Origin: Oceanispirochaeta sp.
Lineage (GTDB): Bacteria > Spirochaetota > Spirochaetia > DSM-2461
NCBI GenBank assembly: GCA_963666275.2
Contig: CAXXOA010000002.1
Span: 480,001-544,000 of the forward strand
Length of the DNA stretch: 64,000 nt
Direction of reading: 5' to 3'
Positions 1 through 7,841 of the stretch are shown here, in pieces (positions within the stretch are counted from its first letter, which is position 1; each line of letters begins with the position of its first letter). The translations under genes and the position numbers were made by a program. The notes below the pieces were generated by a model that saw nothing but the letters and a program-made list of their open reading frames with translations, ran no database searches and was not told where the DNA came from.

Positions 1-742
1 TCAGTCTGGGGATTACATAGGCATTCTCAACTATCCTCGGATCTGCTGTTAAAACACCGTCAACATCGGTCCATATCTCTACTTCGGAAGCATCAAGAGC
101 GGCTCCGATGATACTGGCTGTATAATCGCTTCCGTTTCTTCCCAGAGTTGTGGTTCTGTTATTCCTATCAGATCCGATAAATCCTGTGATTATACCAATG
201 GAATTTCCGATTAGCTCTATGCGTTCTTTTATAAGTTTATAAGTGGTTTCAAAAATAACATTTCCCTTGCCAAACTGACTATCCGTTTTAATTATTGAAC
301 GGGCGTCGATATACTCAGATCTGATACTGATGGAATTCATATAGCTGGCAACCTGAAAACAGTTCATTCTTTCGCCGAAACTCATAATGATATCTTTTGT
401 TTTCAGAGAACACTCTCTAACCAGTTCCACACCATGAAGGATATCTTTTAATTCATTCAGCATCTGGTCAATCCCGCTTTTCAGTTGTTCAGGTACAGAA
501 TTATTAAAAAGTTCTTCCATACAATTATAATGAATATTCCGGATTTCCCGTATATCCTGCAGATAGGCGGAATTACCGGATTCCGCTTTTTCGGCAGCAT
601 CAATCAGGAGATTTGTGACCCCCTTCATAGCAGATAAAATGACAGTAACAGGCTGATTTTCAACAGCTGTAATTATACTGACGGTTTGCTGTATTCTTTT
701 TGAATCGGCCAGTGAACTGCCGCCGAATTTCATAACTTTCAT
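1..742 (-). CDS. Aspartate kinase, ThrA/MetL-like N-terminal domain (partial, continues beyond window start)
   Basis: Not in ORF track. Manual minus-strand translation from ATG at 742 gives MKVMKFGGSSLAD...SFGERM...TTLGRNGSDY...EIWTDVDGVLTADPR, the amino-acid-kinase motifs. A fused HSDH domain cannot be seen in this window. Confidence 0.92.
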   Translation of the reverse strand, partial: MKVMKFGGSSLADSKRIQQTVSIITAVENQPVTVILSAMKGVTNLLIDAAEKAESGNSAYLQDIREIRNIHYNCMEELFNNSVPEQLKSGIDQMLNELKDILHGVELVRECSLKTKDIIMSFGERMNCFQVASYMNSISIRSEYIDARSIIKTDSQFGKGNVIFETTYKLIKERIELIGNSIGIITGFIGSDRNNRTTTLGRNGSDYTASIIGAALDASEVEIWTDVDGVLTADPRIVENAYVIPRL

Positions 743-860
743 TTCTGGTTTAAATCCTTTAAAGGGGTTTCAGTTTTTATATCTTTTTTTTTCAAAATTT
801 TCCATACCCTGCAATGTTATAGAGCCTATATTCCTATTTGTTGAACAACCTGATTCTTTA

Positions 861-889
861 TTGACACAACATGATGCAATCTATAGATT
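861..889 (+). promoter_or_regulatory. sigma70-type promoter of murA (probably leaderless)
   Basis: TTGACA(861-866)-17 nt-TAGATT(884-889); ATG follows 6 nt later. Confidence 0.6.
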
Positions 890-895
890 TTTAGG

Positions 896-2173
896 ATGCA
901 CAAATATGAAATCGAAGGTGGCTTTCCCATTAAAGGGAAGATAAAAGCCAGTGGTAATAAAAATGCCGCTCTGCCCTGTATAGCGGCTGTACTCCTCACT
1001 GATGAGGTGGTTGAATTAAGCAATATACCTGAAATTGAAGATGTTCGGGTTATGATTGAAATTCTGGAATATCTTGGGTGTTCTGTCAAAAAAACCGGAG
1101 CCAACAGATTCCGGTTCAAAATGAATGATATCAAAAATGAGGTTCCCTATACACTGGCTTCCGCCGTAAGGGCTTCCATTCTGTTTGCCGGCCCTCTCCT
1201 TGCCAGAACCGGTAAGGTTATTCTTCCGCCTCCCGGGGGAGATGTTATAGGCAGAAGGCGACTGGATACGCATTTTATGGCCCTTACTTCTCTGGGCGGC
1301 AGGGTAGAGGTAGACGGCCAGTTTACAATTACGGCAAATAAACTTGTCGGTGTTGACCTTTTTCTGGACGAAGCTTCGGTTACAGCCACGGAGAATGCCA
1401 TAATGGCAGCAGTTCTGGCAGAAGGTATGACAGTTATACAGAATGCCGCATCTGAACCGCATGTTCAGGATCTCTGTAACATGCTCAATAGCATGGGTGC
1501 AAAGATTACAGGTATCGGTTCCAACATTCTCTATATCGAAGGCGTTAAAACCCTGAAGGGGACTGAATTTACCATTGGTTCAGATTTTATGGAAGTGGGA
1601 TCCTATATTGGTCTTGCTGCTGTTACCAGAGGAGAACTGGAGATTGAGGATGCGAATCCGGAAAATCTCAGGATGTGCAAAATAGCTTTTGGCAAAATGG
1701 GAATTCACTGGAAAACTGAGGGGAATACAATCCATATACCACCCAACCAGAATTTGAAGGTTGTAAGTGATATGGGTGGAATGATTCCTCAAATAGATGA
1801 TGCCCCCTGGCCCGGTTTTCCACCGGATCTGACAAGTATTATTACTGTTGTGGCAACTCAGGTAGAGGGAACAATACTTATCCATGAGAAAATGTTTGAA
1901 TCCCGCATGTTTTTTGTTGATAAACTCATTTCCATGGGAGCTGGAATTATACTCTGTGATCCTCATAGAGCTGTTGTGACGGGACCGAGAATCCTTACAG
2001 GATCTGATCTAGTCTCTCCGGATGTTAGGGCCGGTATGGCAATGGTGATCGCCGCTATGTGCGCCAGAGGAAAAAGTACAATCCATAATGTCTATCAGAT
2101 TGAAAGGGGTTATGAATCTCTTTCTGAGAAACTGAATAGCCTTGGTGCAAATATTAAGAGAATAAAAGAGTAG
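896..2173 (+). CDS. murA: UDP-N-acetylglucosamine 1-carboxyvinyltransferase
   Basis: GNKNAALP, RASIL..GPLLAR, PPGGDVIGRR (Asp in place of the usual Cys), ASVTATEN, PWPGFPPD, DVRAG, IERGYE. Confidence 0.97.
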   Translation: MHKYEIEGGFPIKGKIKASGNKNAALPCIAAVLLTDEVVELSNIPEIEDVRVMIEILEYLGCSVKKTGANRFRFKMNDIKNEVPYTLASAVRASILFAGPLLARTGKVILPPPGGDVIGRRRLDTHFMALTSLGGRVEVDGQFTITANKLVGVDLFLDEASVTATENAIMAAVLAEGMTVIQNAASEPHVQDLCNMLNSMGAKITGIGSNILYIEGVKTLKGTEFTIGSDFMEVGSYIGLAAVTRGELEIEDANPENLRMCKIAFGKMGIHWKTEGNTIHIPPNQNLKVVSDMGGMIPQIDDAPWPGFPPDLTSIITVVATQVEGTILIHEKMFESRMFFVDKLISMGAGIILCDPHRAVVTGPRILTGSDLVSPDVRAGMAMVIAAMCARGKSTIHNVYQIERGYESLSEKLNSLGANIKRIKE

Positions 2174-2182
2174 GTTTTTTAC

Positions 2183-2408
2183 TTTTCAACAGGTTATCCA
2201 CAAGGAAAATCTTAATAACTTGGCAATCTGAGAGGTTTGCTAAGCTTTTTAATATTTTCCTTTTTTTATGTTAAATATATATACTAAAATAAAATAAAAT
2301 AACTAAAAGTAAATATAAAGAATTTATTTGCAGAATTACAATAATGTAATTAATACTTTGAGGAGAGTTTCATACAATCTTTCCACAGTTATGCACAAGT
2401 TATACACA
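2183..2408. other. Putative replication origin / DnaA-box cluster with AT-rich core
   Basis: Same-strand boxes TTTTCAACA 2183-2191, TTATCCACA 2194-2202, CTTTCCACA 2379-2387, TTATGCACA 2389-2397, TTATACACA 2400-2408; 2281-2340 has only 8 G/C in 60 nt. Confidence 0.65.
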
Positions 2409-3023
2409 GGGTATCTCCAGTAAATATCCCTCTCGATAAATGACCCTTATATTCAATACATCAGGATAAAGAAGAGGGACACTATCTTTTAATTTCTTTT
2501 TCAGTCTTGAGATATAGACGAAAAGAGTTTTTTCATAATTTTCAGATTCTATTCCTATAAACCCGGAAATACTTTTGTACGGGCAAAGGGTATTTCTATT
2601 TGTGTACAGAAAGAATAGAATTCCTTTCTCCTTCTGAGTGAGAGCTATAGATTTTCCATCGATTCGGACAGAATTGGATAAAAACTCCAGCGGGGGAAAT
2701 GTTGAAGAGACTCTCTGCCAACTCAAGGCTTTGTCTAAGCGGTGAATTAACTCTCTCTCTGTCCATGGAGCCTTTAAATAGTCAAAAGATCCGAGGAGAA
2801 AAGCTTCTTCCAGATATTCAGGTTCACCGAATGAAAGTACTCTCATATTCTGAAATAGATCTGCCCGGAATATGAACATTTCTACAGGAATCACTATGAC
2901 GGGAAATCGGTTGTCTTCGATGAGAGTCTCTGAAAAAGAACAGATATTATATATTGCGGGATGATTGCATTTGACTGCGAATCGAATATGATCCGGAAGG
3001 GAAATACATAAAACGGCTTGCAT
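2400..3023 (-). CDS. OmpR/PhoB-type winged-helix regulator with degenerate receiver domain
   Basis: GSFDYLKAPW (receiver C-terminal motif), LTQKEKGIL, LFVYISRLKKKL, VIYREGY (wHTH); acidic pocket not recognisable. Confidence 0.75.
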   Translation of the reverse strand: MQAVLCISLPDHIRFAVKCNHPAIYNICSFSETLIEDNRFPVIVIPVEMFIFRADLFQNMRVLSFGEPEYLEEAFLLGSFDYLKAPWTERELIHRLDKALSWQRVSSTFPPLEFLSNSVRIDGKSIALTQKEKGILFFLYTNRNTLCPYKSISGFIGIESENYEKTLFVYISRLKKKLKDSVPLLYPDVLNIRVIYREGYLLEIPCV

Positions 3024-3052
3024 AAAAAAAACCGGGCTTCATAAACCCGGTT
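3024..3052 (-). terminator. Intrinsic terminator after STAS gene
   Basis: Minus strand AACCGGGTT-TATGA-AGCCCGGTT followed by a T-run. Confidence 0.7.
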
Positions 3053-3059
3053 GAAAGAA

Positions 3060-3614
3060 CTAACCCAAAAATACCTGACCGGTATTATCAATAGCCAGAA
3101 TTGTTTTACATTCACTGCATCGGAATCTTCCGGGCTTTGTGGCCTTCAGTTTTTTTGAACAGATTGGACAGCGGAAAATCTTTGGAAATATATCACTGGA
3201 TTTTGTTTCCCCTTCACTTTCAAAAAATGCAACAGCTTCATCAAGATTATCTTTAATATTGAAGAACTGTGAAAAACCGAGAAGCTGGAATACTTCGTAA
3301 ACTTTCGGCTGAATTTCCAGAAGTACGAGATTTCCTCCTCTGGGTTTTACTGTTTTAAGAAAAGCTGTGAAAGACCCTATTCCTGTACTGGAGACATAAT
3401 TGAGACTCCCGCAGTGAAAAATTAAGCGGGTAAAACCAGCTTCAATTGCTTTATTAACCCTTTTCTGAAAAAGGTTAGAGTTGTAGGTGTCGATATAACC
3501 CGTTAAATATAAAACCAGACAACCTTTTACAGAATCGATTTTCTGCAGTCTAATTTTTAGACTGTCATCTTTTTCTATATCAAATCCAGGTACGATCTCA
3601 TTGTTCCCACTCAT
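3060..3614 (-). CDS. Anti-sigma factor antagonist (STAS domain) with C-terminal zinc ribbon
   Basis: GYIDTYNS, LNYVSSTGIG (phosphorylatable Ser), VFQLLGF; CPIC...CSEC. Confidence 0.9.
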   Translation of the reverse strand: MSGNNEIVPGFDIEKDDSLKIRLQKIDSVKGCLVLYLTGYIDTYNSNLFQKRVNKAIEAGFTRLIFHCGSLNYVSSTGIGSFTAFLKTVKPRGGNLVLLEIQPKVYEVFQLLGFSQFFNIKDNLDEAVAFFESEGETKSSDIFPKIFRCPICSKKLKATKPGRFRCSECKTILAIDNTGQVFLG

Positions 3615-3669
3615 ATAATTTCACCTTTAAATTTTACGTAACTTGCTTATTAGAATATACATCCTCTAT

Positions 3670-3698
3670 TCTATTAATCTGCCAATGATTTGTCAAAT
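3670..3698 (-). promoter_or_regulatory. sigma70-type promoter of STAS gene
   Basis: Minus strand TTGACA-17-TAGAAT; coordinates approximate. Confidence 0.6.
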
Positions 3699-3805
3699 AA
3701 ATAAAAATAGTAATTTTTTATTATACGAAAAATAACTAGAATCCTTGATCTACCCAGATTGGGGAGTTAACATGTATAATACAAAAAACTTACCTGGAGA
3801 TATCC

Positions 3806-4282
3806 ATGAAAAAAATTCTTGTGATTTCAATTTTCTTCTTAACGGTATCCCTCTATTCCCAGGATTCAATACTTTCCAATCTGGATAATTTTTCTTTTAT
3901 TCCTACAGTGAAAAGCTTGAATTTAGCATCAGCTCAAGAACTGAATTCCTATATTGATAGCAGACTCTGGGTTGTTCTGGACGGCTCATTATCCTCTATT
4001 ACAAGACTTTCGGGAAGGGATGAAGAGTATCTGATTGAAACATCTCTCGTACAGGGAGAATGGCAGGATCTGGAACGGGTTGTAAAATATAACTGCCGTG
4101 CAATTTTTCAGGGGGATTACTGGATGGATATCATACCTGACAGAGTACCGAGAGATCCTTCGGATGATATGATTCTATTGAATACCCATGTCCTGATTCT
4201 GGGACAGCTGGTGAGTTATGAGCAATCTGACGGAATGAACATTCCCTATATTCTGGTTGATCAGATCCGGAAAATTCCCTGA
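3806..4282 (+). CDS. Hypothetical exported protein
   Basis: SD GGAGA, N-terminal signal peptide MKKILVISIFFLTVSLYS. Confidence 0.75.
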   Translation: MKKILVISIFFLTVSLYSQDSILSNLDNFSFIPTVKSLNLASAQELNSYIDSRLWVVLDGSLSSITRLSGRDEEYLIETSLVQGEWQDLERVVKYNCRAIFQGDYWMDIIPDRVPRDPSDDMILLNTHVLILGQLVSYEQSDGMNIPYILVDQIRKIP

Positions 4283-4325
4283 TATCCCTAAACTGGGAAA
4301 TCTTTTCTTAAAAAGAACGGTATTA

Positions 4326-5426
4326 TCAGTAGAAGAGAATATGCCTGTCCTCAATCTCTTTATCCAGACCTGAGCGTATAGAGGCTCTTATTATAGTAGA
4401 TTTCAGCTCCCGAATATTTCCCGGCCAATGATAGTCCAGCAGAATATCCATAGCAGAAAGGGATATCCGTTTCTGAATTTTCTGATTTTTCAGAAAGTAG
4501 GTGCATAAGTGCGGAATATCCTCTTTTCTCTTCCTCAGGGGAGGAATATGGATCATCAAAGTATTGATACGATGGTAGAGATCTTCCCTGAATGTCCGTT
4601 CTTGTACCATCTGTTTGAGATTTCTGGAAGTGGCCGTGACAATCCTTGTATTCAATTGGATGATTTTATCAGAACCGAGAGGAGTCACTGTCTTTGTTTC
4701 CAGGACTCTGAGAAGCTTTGCCTGCATATTCAGAGACATTTCCCCGATTTCATCAAGGAAAAGGGTTCCACAATGGGCCTTCTGAAATAATCCGCTTCGG
4801 TTGATTGAATCGGTAAAGGCTCCTTTTGCCGTTCCGAAGAGTTCTGACTCCAGAAGATTTTCCGGGATGGCAGAACAGTTTTTTGCAATGAATTCTCCGG
4901 TATTCATATGACTCTCATGGAGAGCCATGGCTACAAGTTCCTTACCTGTACCTGATTCTCCCTGGATAGTAACAGACTCTTCTGTGGGACCGTACTGCTC
5001 GATTTCCTTCAGTATATCGCTGATCACCTGGGAGGAGCCAATAATTTTTGTATTTAATATACCGGATTGGTCAATGATATGATTCTTGTAGTAGTGGTAG
5101 TGCTGAATAATGTAGGTATAAACATCTTTGAATATGTAATCGGGAGTAAAGTATTTGGCAGATCTCTGGACCATTGGAAGAATGAGGGATATTTCATCTT
5201 CTGCTGCGCCCAGTATGATTATTTTTTCCAGGGAAGACCGTATCTTCTCTGATAAATTGGAAATCCTGGAAACTTCAGTGATTATGAAGTCTGCTGTTAT
5301 CCTGTTGTAATCATCCAGGGAAAAAACATCGTTCCTGATGATCTTTATTGTATCAGGCAAGAGAGTGCGAAATTGCTGAAATTTTTCTTTTCCTAAAGAA
5401 ATATATAACGTCATTTTTCCTTCCAA
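4326..5426 (-). CDS. Sigma54-dependent transcriptional activator (AAA+), lacking C-terminal HTH
   Basis: GESGTGKE, ESELFG, GAFTDS, LFLDEIGEM, FREDLYHR, WPGNIREL; ends about 25 aa later. Alternative start at ATG 5414. Confidence 0.9.
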   Translation of the reverse strand: MEGKMTLYISLGKEKFQQFRTLLPDTIKIIRNDVFSLDDYNRITADFIITEVSRISNLSEKIRSSLEKIIILGAAEDEISLILPMVQRSAKYFTPDYIFKDVYTYIIQHYHYYKNHIIDQSGILNTKIIGSSQVISDILKEIEQYGPTEESVTIQGESGTGKELVAMALHESHMNTGEFIAKNCSAIPENLLESELFGTAKGAFTDSINRSGLFQKAHCGTLFLDEIGEMSLNMQAKLLRVLETKTVTPLGSDKIIQLNTRIVTATSRNLKQMVQERTFREDLYHRINTLMIHIPPLRKRKEDIPHLCTYFLKNQKIQKRISLSAMDILLDYHWPGNIRELKSTIIRASIRSGLDKEIEDRHILFY

Positions 5427-5470
5427 TAAAAAAAGAGATTAACGCTATTGTAACCTATATATGGAGATAA

Positions 5471-5917
5471 TCAATCAATAATATTCATGTATTCATGAAT
5501 TTCTTTCCAATCTATCTTTAAAATCCTGGAAAGGTAGGCCCCTAATTTTGTTCTGAGAAAAGGAATGGAACAAATAAAACCGATCAGAGAACTTAATATA
5601 CCGGGCATTATCAGTATGAATGAAACAGCCAGACTCCCCGGGAGGGATAAATAGTGATCCAGAACCATAATATTGGATTTCAGATCCTCGTGTATCTGCT
5701 GCTGAATCTTTCTGATGATTCTTCTGGAAAGGAAAAACCCGAAAAAACTGAGTGCCATGAGGATGGCAAGGAAAAGATAATTCCCTATCAAGTAGGCCAG
5801 ATTCAGAATGAGAATGCAGTCCAGAACGGGTATAAATGAAACCAGGAGAAGAAAATACAGAAAATTTCTTGTAAATTCAGGTTGCAGTATATTTATGAGT
5901 ACTTTCAAATTCAGCAT
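5471..5917 (-). CDS. FxsA-family membrane protein
   Basis: Hydrophobic segments; ILIMPGILSSLIG..IPFLR resembles the FxsA LLxPGFxTD motif. Confidence 0.7.
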   Translation of the reverse strand: MLNLKVLINILQPEFTRNFLYFLLLVSFIPVLDCILILNLAYLIGNYLFLAILMALSFFGFFLSRRIIRKIQQQIHEDLKSNIMVLDHYLSLPGSLAVSFILIMPGILSSLIGFICSIPFLRTKLGAYLSRILKIDWKEIHEYMNIID

Positions 5918-5970
5918 GGGATGGATAGTACCATTATTTACTGGTTACAGCAATAATCCTGTATAATGGA

Positions 5971-6705
5971 TTATCTGGCCCGGCTTTTGATCTTTTCGAC
6001 TGTCAGAAGGAGAAAAAACAGAATATACCGTAAAAGTCTCCAGGGAAGAATCAATGAAAAGAACCCCTCCAGGAACATCTTCATTCCCTTCATATCTTTA
6101 GGCTTCTCTTTTTTTCCCGAAAAAATTTCAAAACAGCTTCTTCCCCACATGATAATACCCGGATTGAAGGCCTTGCTGTTTTTATAGAGCCATAGATTAT
6201 TGCCACTCAAACCTCTTCCTGTAAGGAGAAGGGTGGGAGAAGATTTTTTTATGGCAGTGATAACATTTTTCTCTTCCTGCCTGGTAAAAGAACCGGCGTA
6301 GCGACCTACGATCTGAAGACCGGGAAATGAGGTTTTGAGGTTTTTTTCAGACTGGAGAATATTCTTTTTTCTTGAACCGAGAATATAGATGGATTTCTGG
6401 TACTTTTCCAGAACTCCCAAAAGTCGGATCACAAAAGTGAATGGGTTATGAACTACCGGTTTTTCTCTTTTCAGCCAGGATGCCGCAAAGCGGACAGAGG
6501 TTGTGATAGGGATATTGAGTTCGGATTTTGCAAAACAGCTCTTCAGTTCCCTGTTAAACTGAGCCCTCATAATATCTCTGAAAGAGATAAAACAGATCTG
6601 AGAGCTGTTGCTGCTTTCAGAAAGAGAAAGGATTTTCTGTTCAATCTGATCTTCACTGAGATTATCAATAGGTATATTGAGAATCATAATCCTGTTTTGT
6701 GTCAC
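5971..6705 (-). CDS. WecB/TagA/CpsF-family glycosyltransferase (divergent)
   Basis: ILNIPID, IYILGS, FPGLQIVGRYAG, IKKSSPTLLLTG. Confidence 0.8.
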   Translation of the reverse strand: MTQNRIMILNIPIDNLSEDQIEQKILSLSESSNSSQICFISFRDIMRAQFNRELKSCFAKSELNIPITTSVRFAASWLKREKPVVHNPFTFVIRLLGVLEKYQKSIYILGSRKKNILQSEKNLKTSFPGLQIVGRYAGSFTRQEEKNVITAIKKSSPTLLLTGRGLSGNNLWLYKNSKAFNPGIIMWGRSCFEIFSGKKEKPKDMKGMKMFLEGFFSLILPWRLLRYILFFLLLTVEKIKSRAR

Positions 6706-7437
6706 TTAGAATAACTCCATAATTGTTATGACTGATGATAAGGCAAAGAGGCAGGCTGTCTCCGCACGGAGAACATTGTTCCCCAGATAGAGAGGCTGAA
6801 ACCCTTTCTGCTGCAGAAGGCGGATTTCTTTATCAGATAACCCTCCTTCCGGTCCAATCAGTATTTTTACTGTGTCCAGATCTTTTTGCAATAGTTCTGA
6901 CAAGGTATTTTGCTCAATGTAATCCTGATGACAGAAAAAGCCGCACTGCCTATCCTGAACCGGTGAGATCTCAGAGAGCAGTAGAGGATCAGACAGAACT
7001 GTATTGATAGTGGAACCGCTCTGCTGCTCCGCTTCCCGTACAATTTTTTCCAGACGGGCCTTTTTATGGGAAAAATCCTCATTACTGCGATACTGAATAA
7101 GAGAGTGATCACTGAAAAGGGGAGTAATTCTCGAAACACCCGTTTCTGTTGCCTGACGGACAATGCCATCGAGTTTCTTGCCTTTTGGAAAACAGCAGTA
7201 AAGTTCAAGACTGTAAGACCTTGCTACAGTTTCCTTCTCCTCAGAAATAGAGAGGGTGCAGGAGCTGGTGGAGATCTCAGTGATTTTTGCATCGTAAGAT
7301 GACCCTTTACTGTCCTTTACAGGAATTGTCTGGCCTGTGGAATGGCGTCTCACATGACAGAGGTAATGAAAATCTCTTCCTGTCAGTTCTATTGTGTCTC
7401 CGGAATGACAGGGTTTATCTATGACAAACTGCTTCAA
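6706..7437 (-). CDS. rsmE: 16S rRNA m3U1498 methyltransferase
   Basis: HYLCHVRR, QATETGV, EAEQQS, IGPEGGLS, LGNNVLRAETA. Confidence 0.95.
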   Translation of the reverse strand: MKQFVIDKPCHSGDTIELTGRDFHYLCHVRRHSTGQTIPVKDSKGSSYDAKITEISTSSCTLSISEEKETVARSYSLELYCCFPKGKKLDGIVRQATETGVSRITPLFSDHSLIQYRSNEDFSHKKARLEKIVREAEQQSGSTINTVLSDPLLLSEISPVQDRQCGFFCHQDYIEQNTLSELLQKDLDTVKILIGPEGGLSDKEIRLLQQKGFQPLYLGNNVLRAETACLFALSSVITIMELF

Positions 7438-7841
7438 TCCTGCTCCCCGAGAATCGTTACCTGAACCTTTCTTGATCGTGGGCCATCGTATTCACAAAAA
7501 TAAATCCCCTGCCATGTTCCCAGGGTAAGCTGACCCTTATTAATGGGGATCATCAGATGAAATCCTGTAAAAGTCGCTTTGATATGAGCTGCTGAATTTC
7601 CTTCAAAATGCTGATAGTTATCATCAAAAGGGACTATTTTATTTATCTCTTTCATCATATCAGCTTTGACATCAGGATCGGCATTTTCATTTATTGTGAG
7701 ACCGGCAGTGGTATGGGGACAGTAGATGAGACAGGCACCCTCCTGAACCCCTTTTTCTTTCACAATTTTTTTAACATCAGAAGAGATATCAATCATCTCA
7801 GCTGCTGTATGTGAATTCACAGATATCAGATCAATTGCCAT
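7434..7841 (-). CDS. yjbQ: YjbQ / UPF0047 family protein
   Basis: HTTAGLTINENADPDV, GNSAAHIK, LGTWQGIYFCEYDGPR; ATG overlaps the ctpA stop. Confidence 0.92.
   Translation of the reverse strand: MAIDLISVNSHTAAEMIDISSDVKKIVKEKGVQEGACLIYCPHTTAGLTINENADPDVKADMMKEINKIVPFDDNYQHFEGNSAAHIKATFTGFHLMIPINKGQLTLGTWQGIYFCEYDGPRSRKVQVTILGEQD

Noticed and set aside
770..805. Short minus-strand uORF MENFEKKRYKN upstream of aspartokinase
   Set aside because: No Thr/Ile/Met run, Lys codons arise from an A-tract, and no terminator follows; not supportable as an attenuator.
2249..2276. dif-like site: TTATGTTAAAT (XerD arm) at 2266-2276
   Set aside because: The upstream 11-mer (TTAATATTTTC) does not resemble a XerC arm ending in ATAA; a chance match is plausible in such AT-rich DNA.
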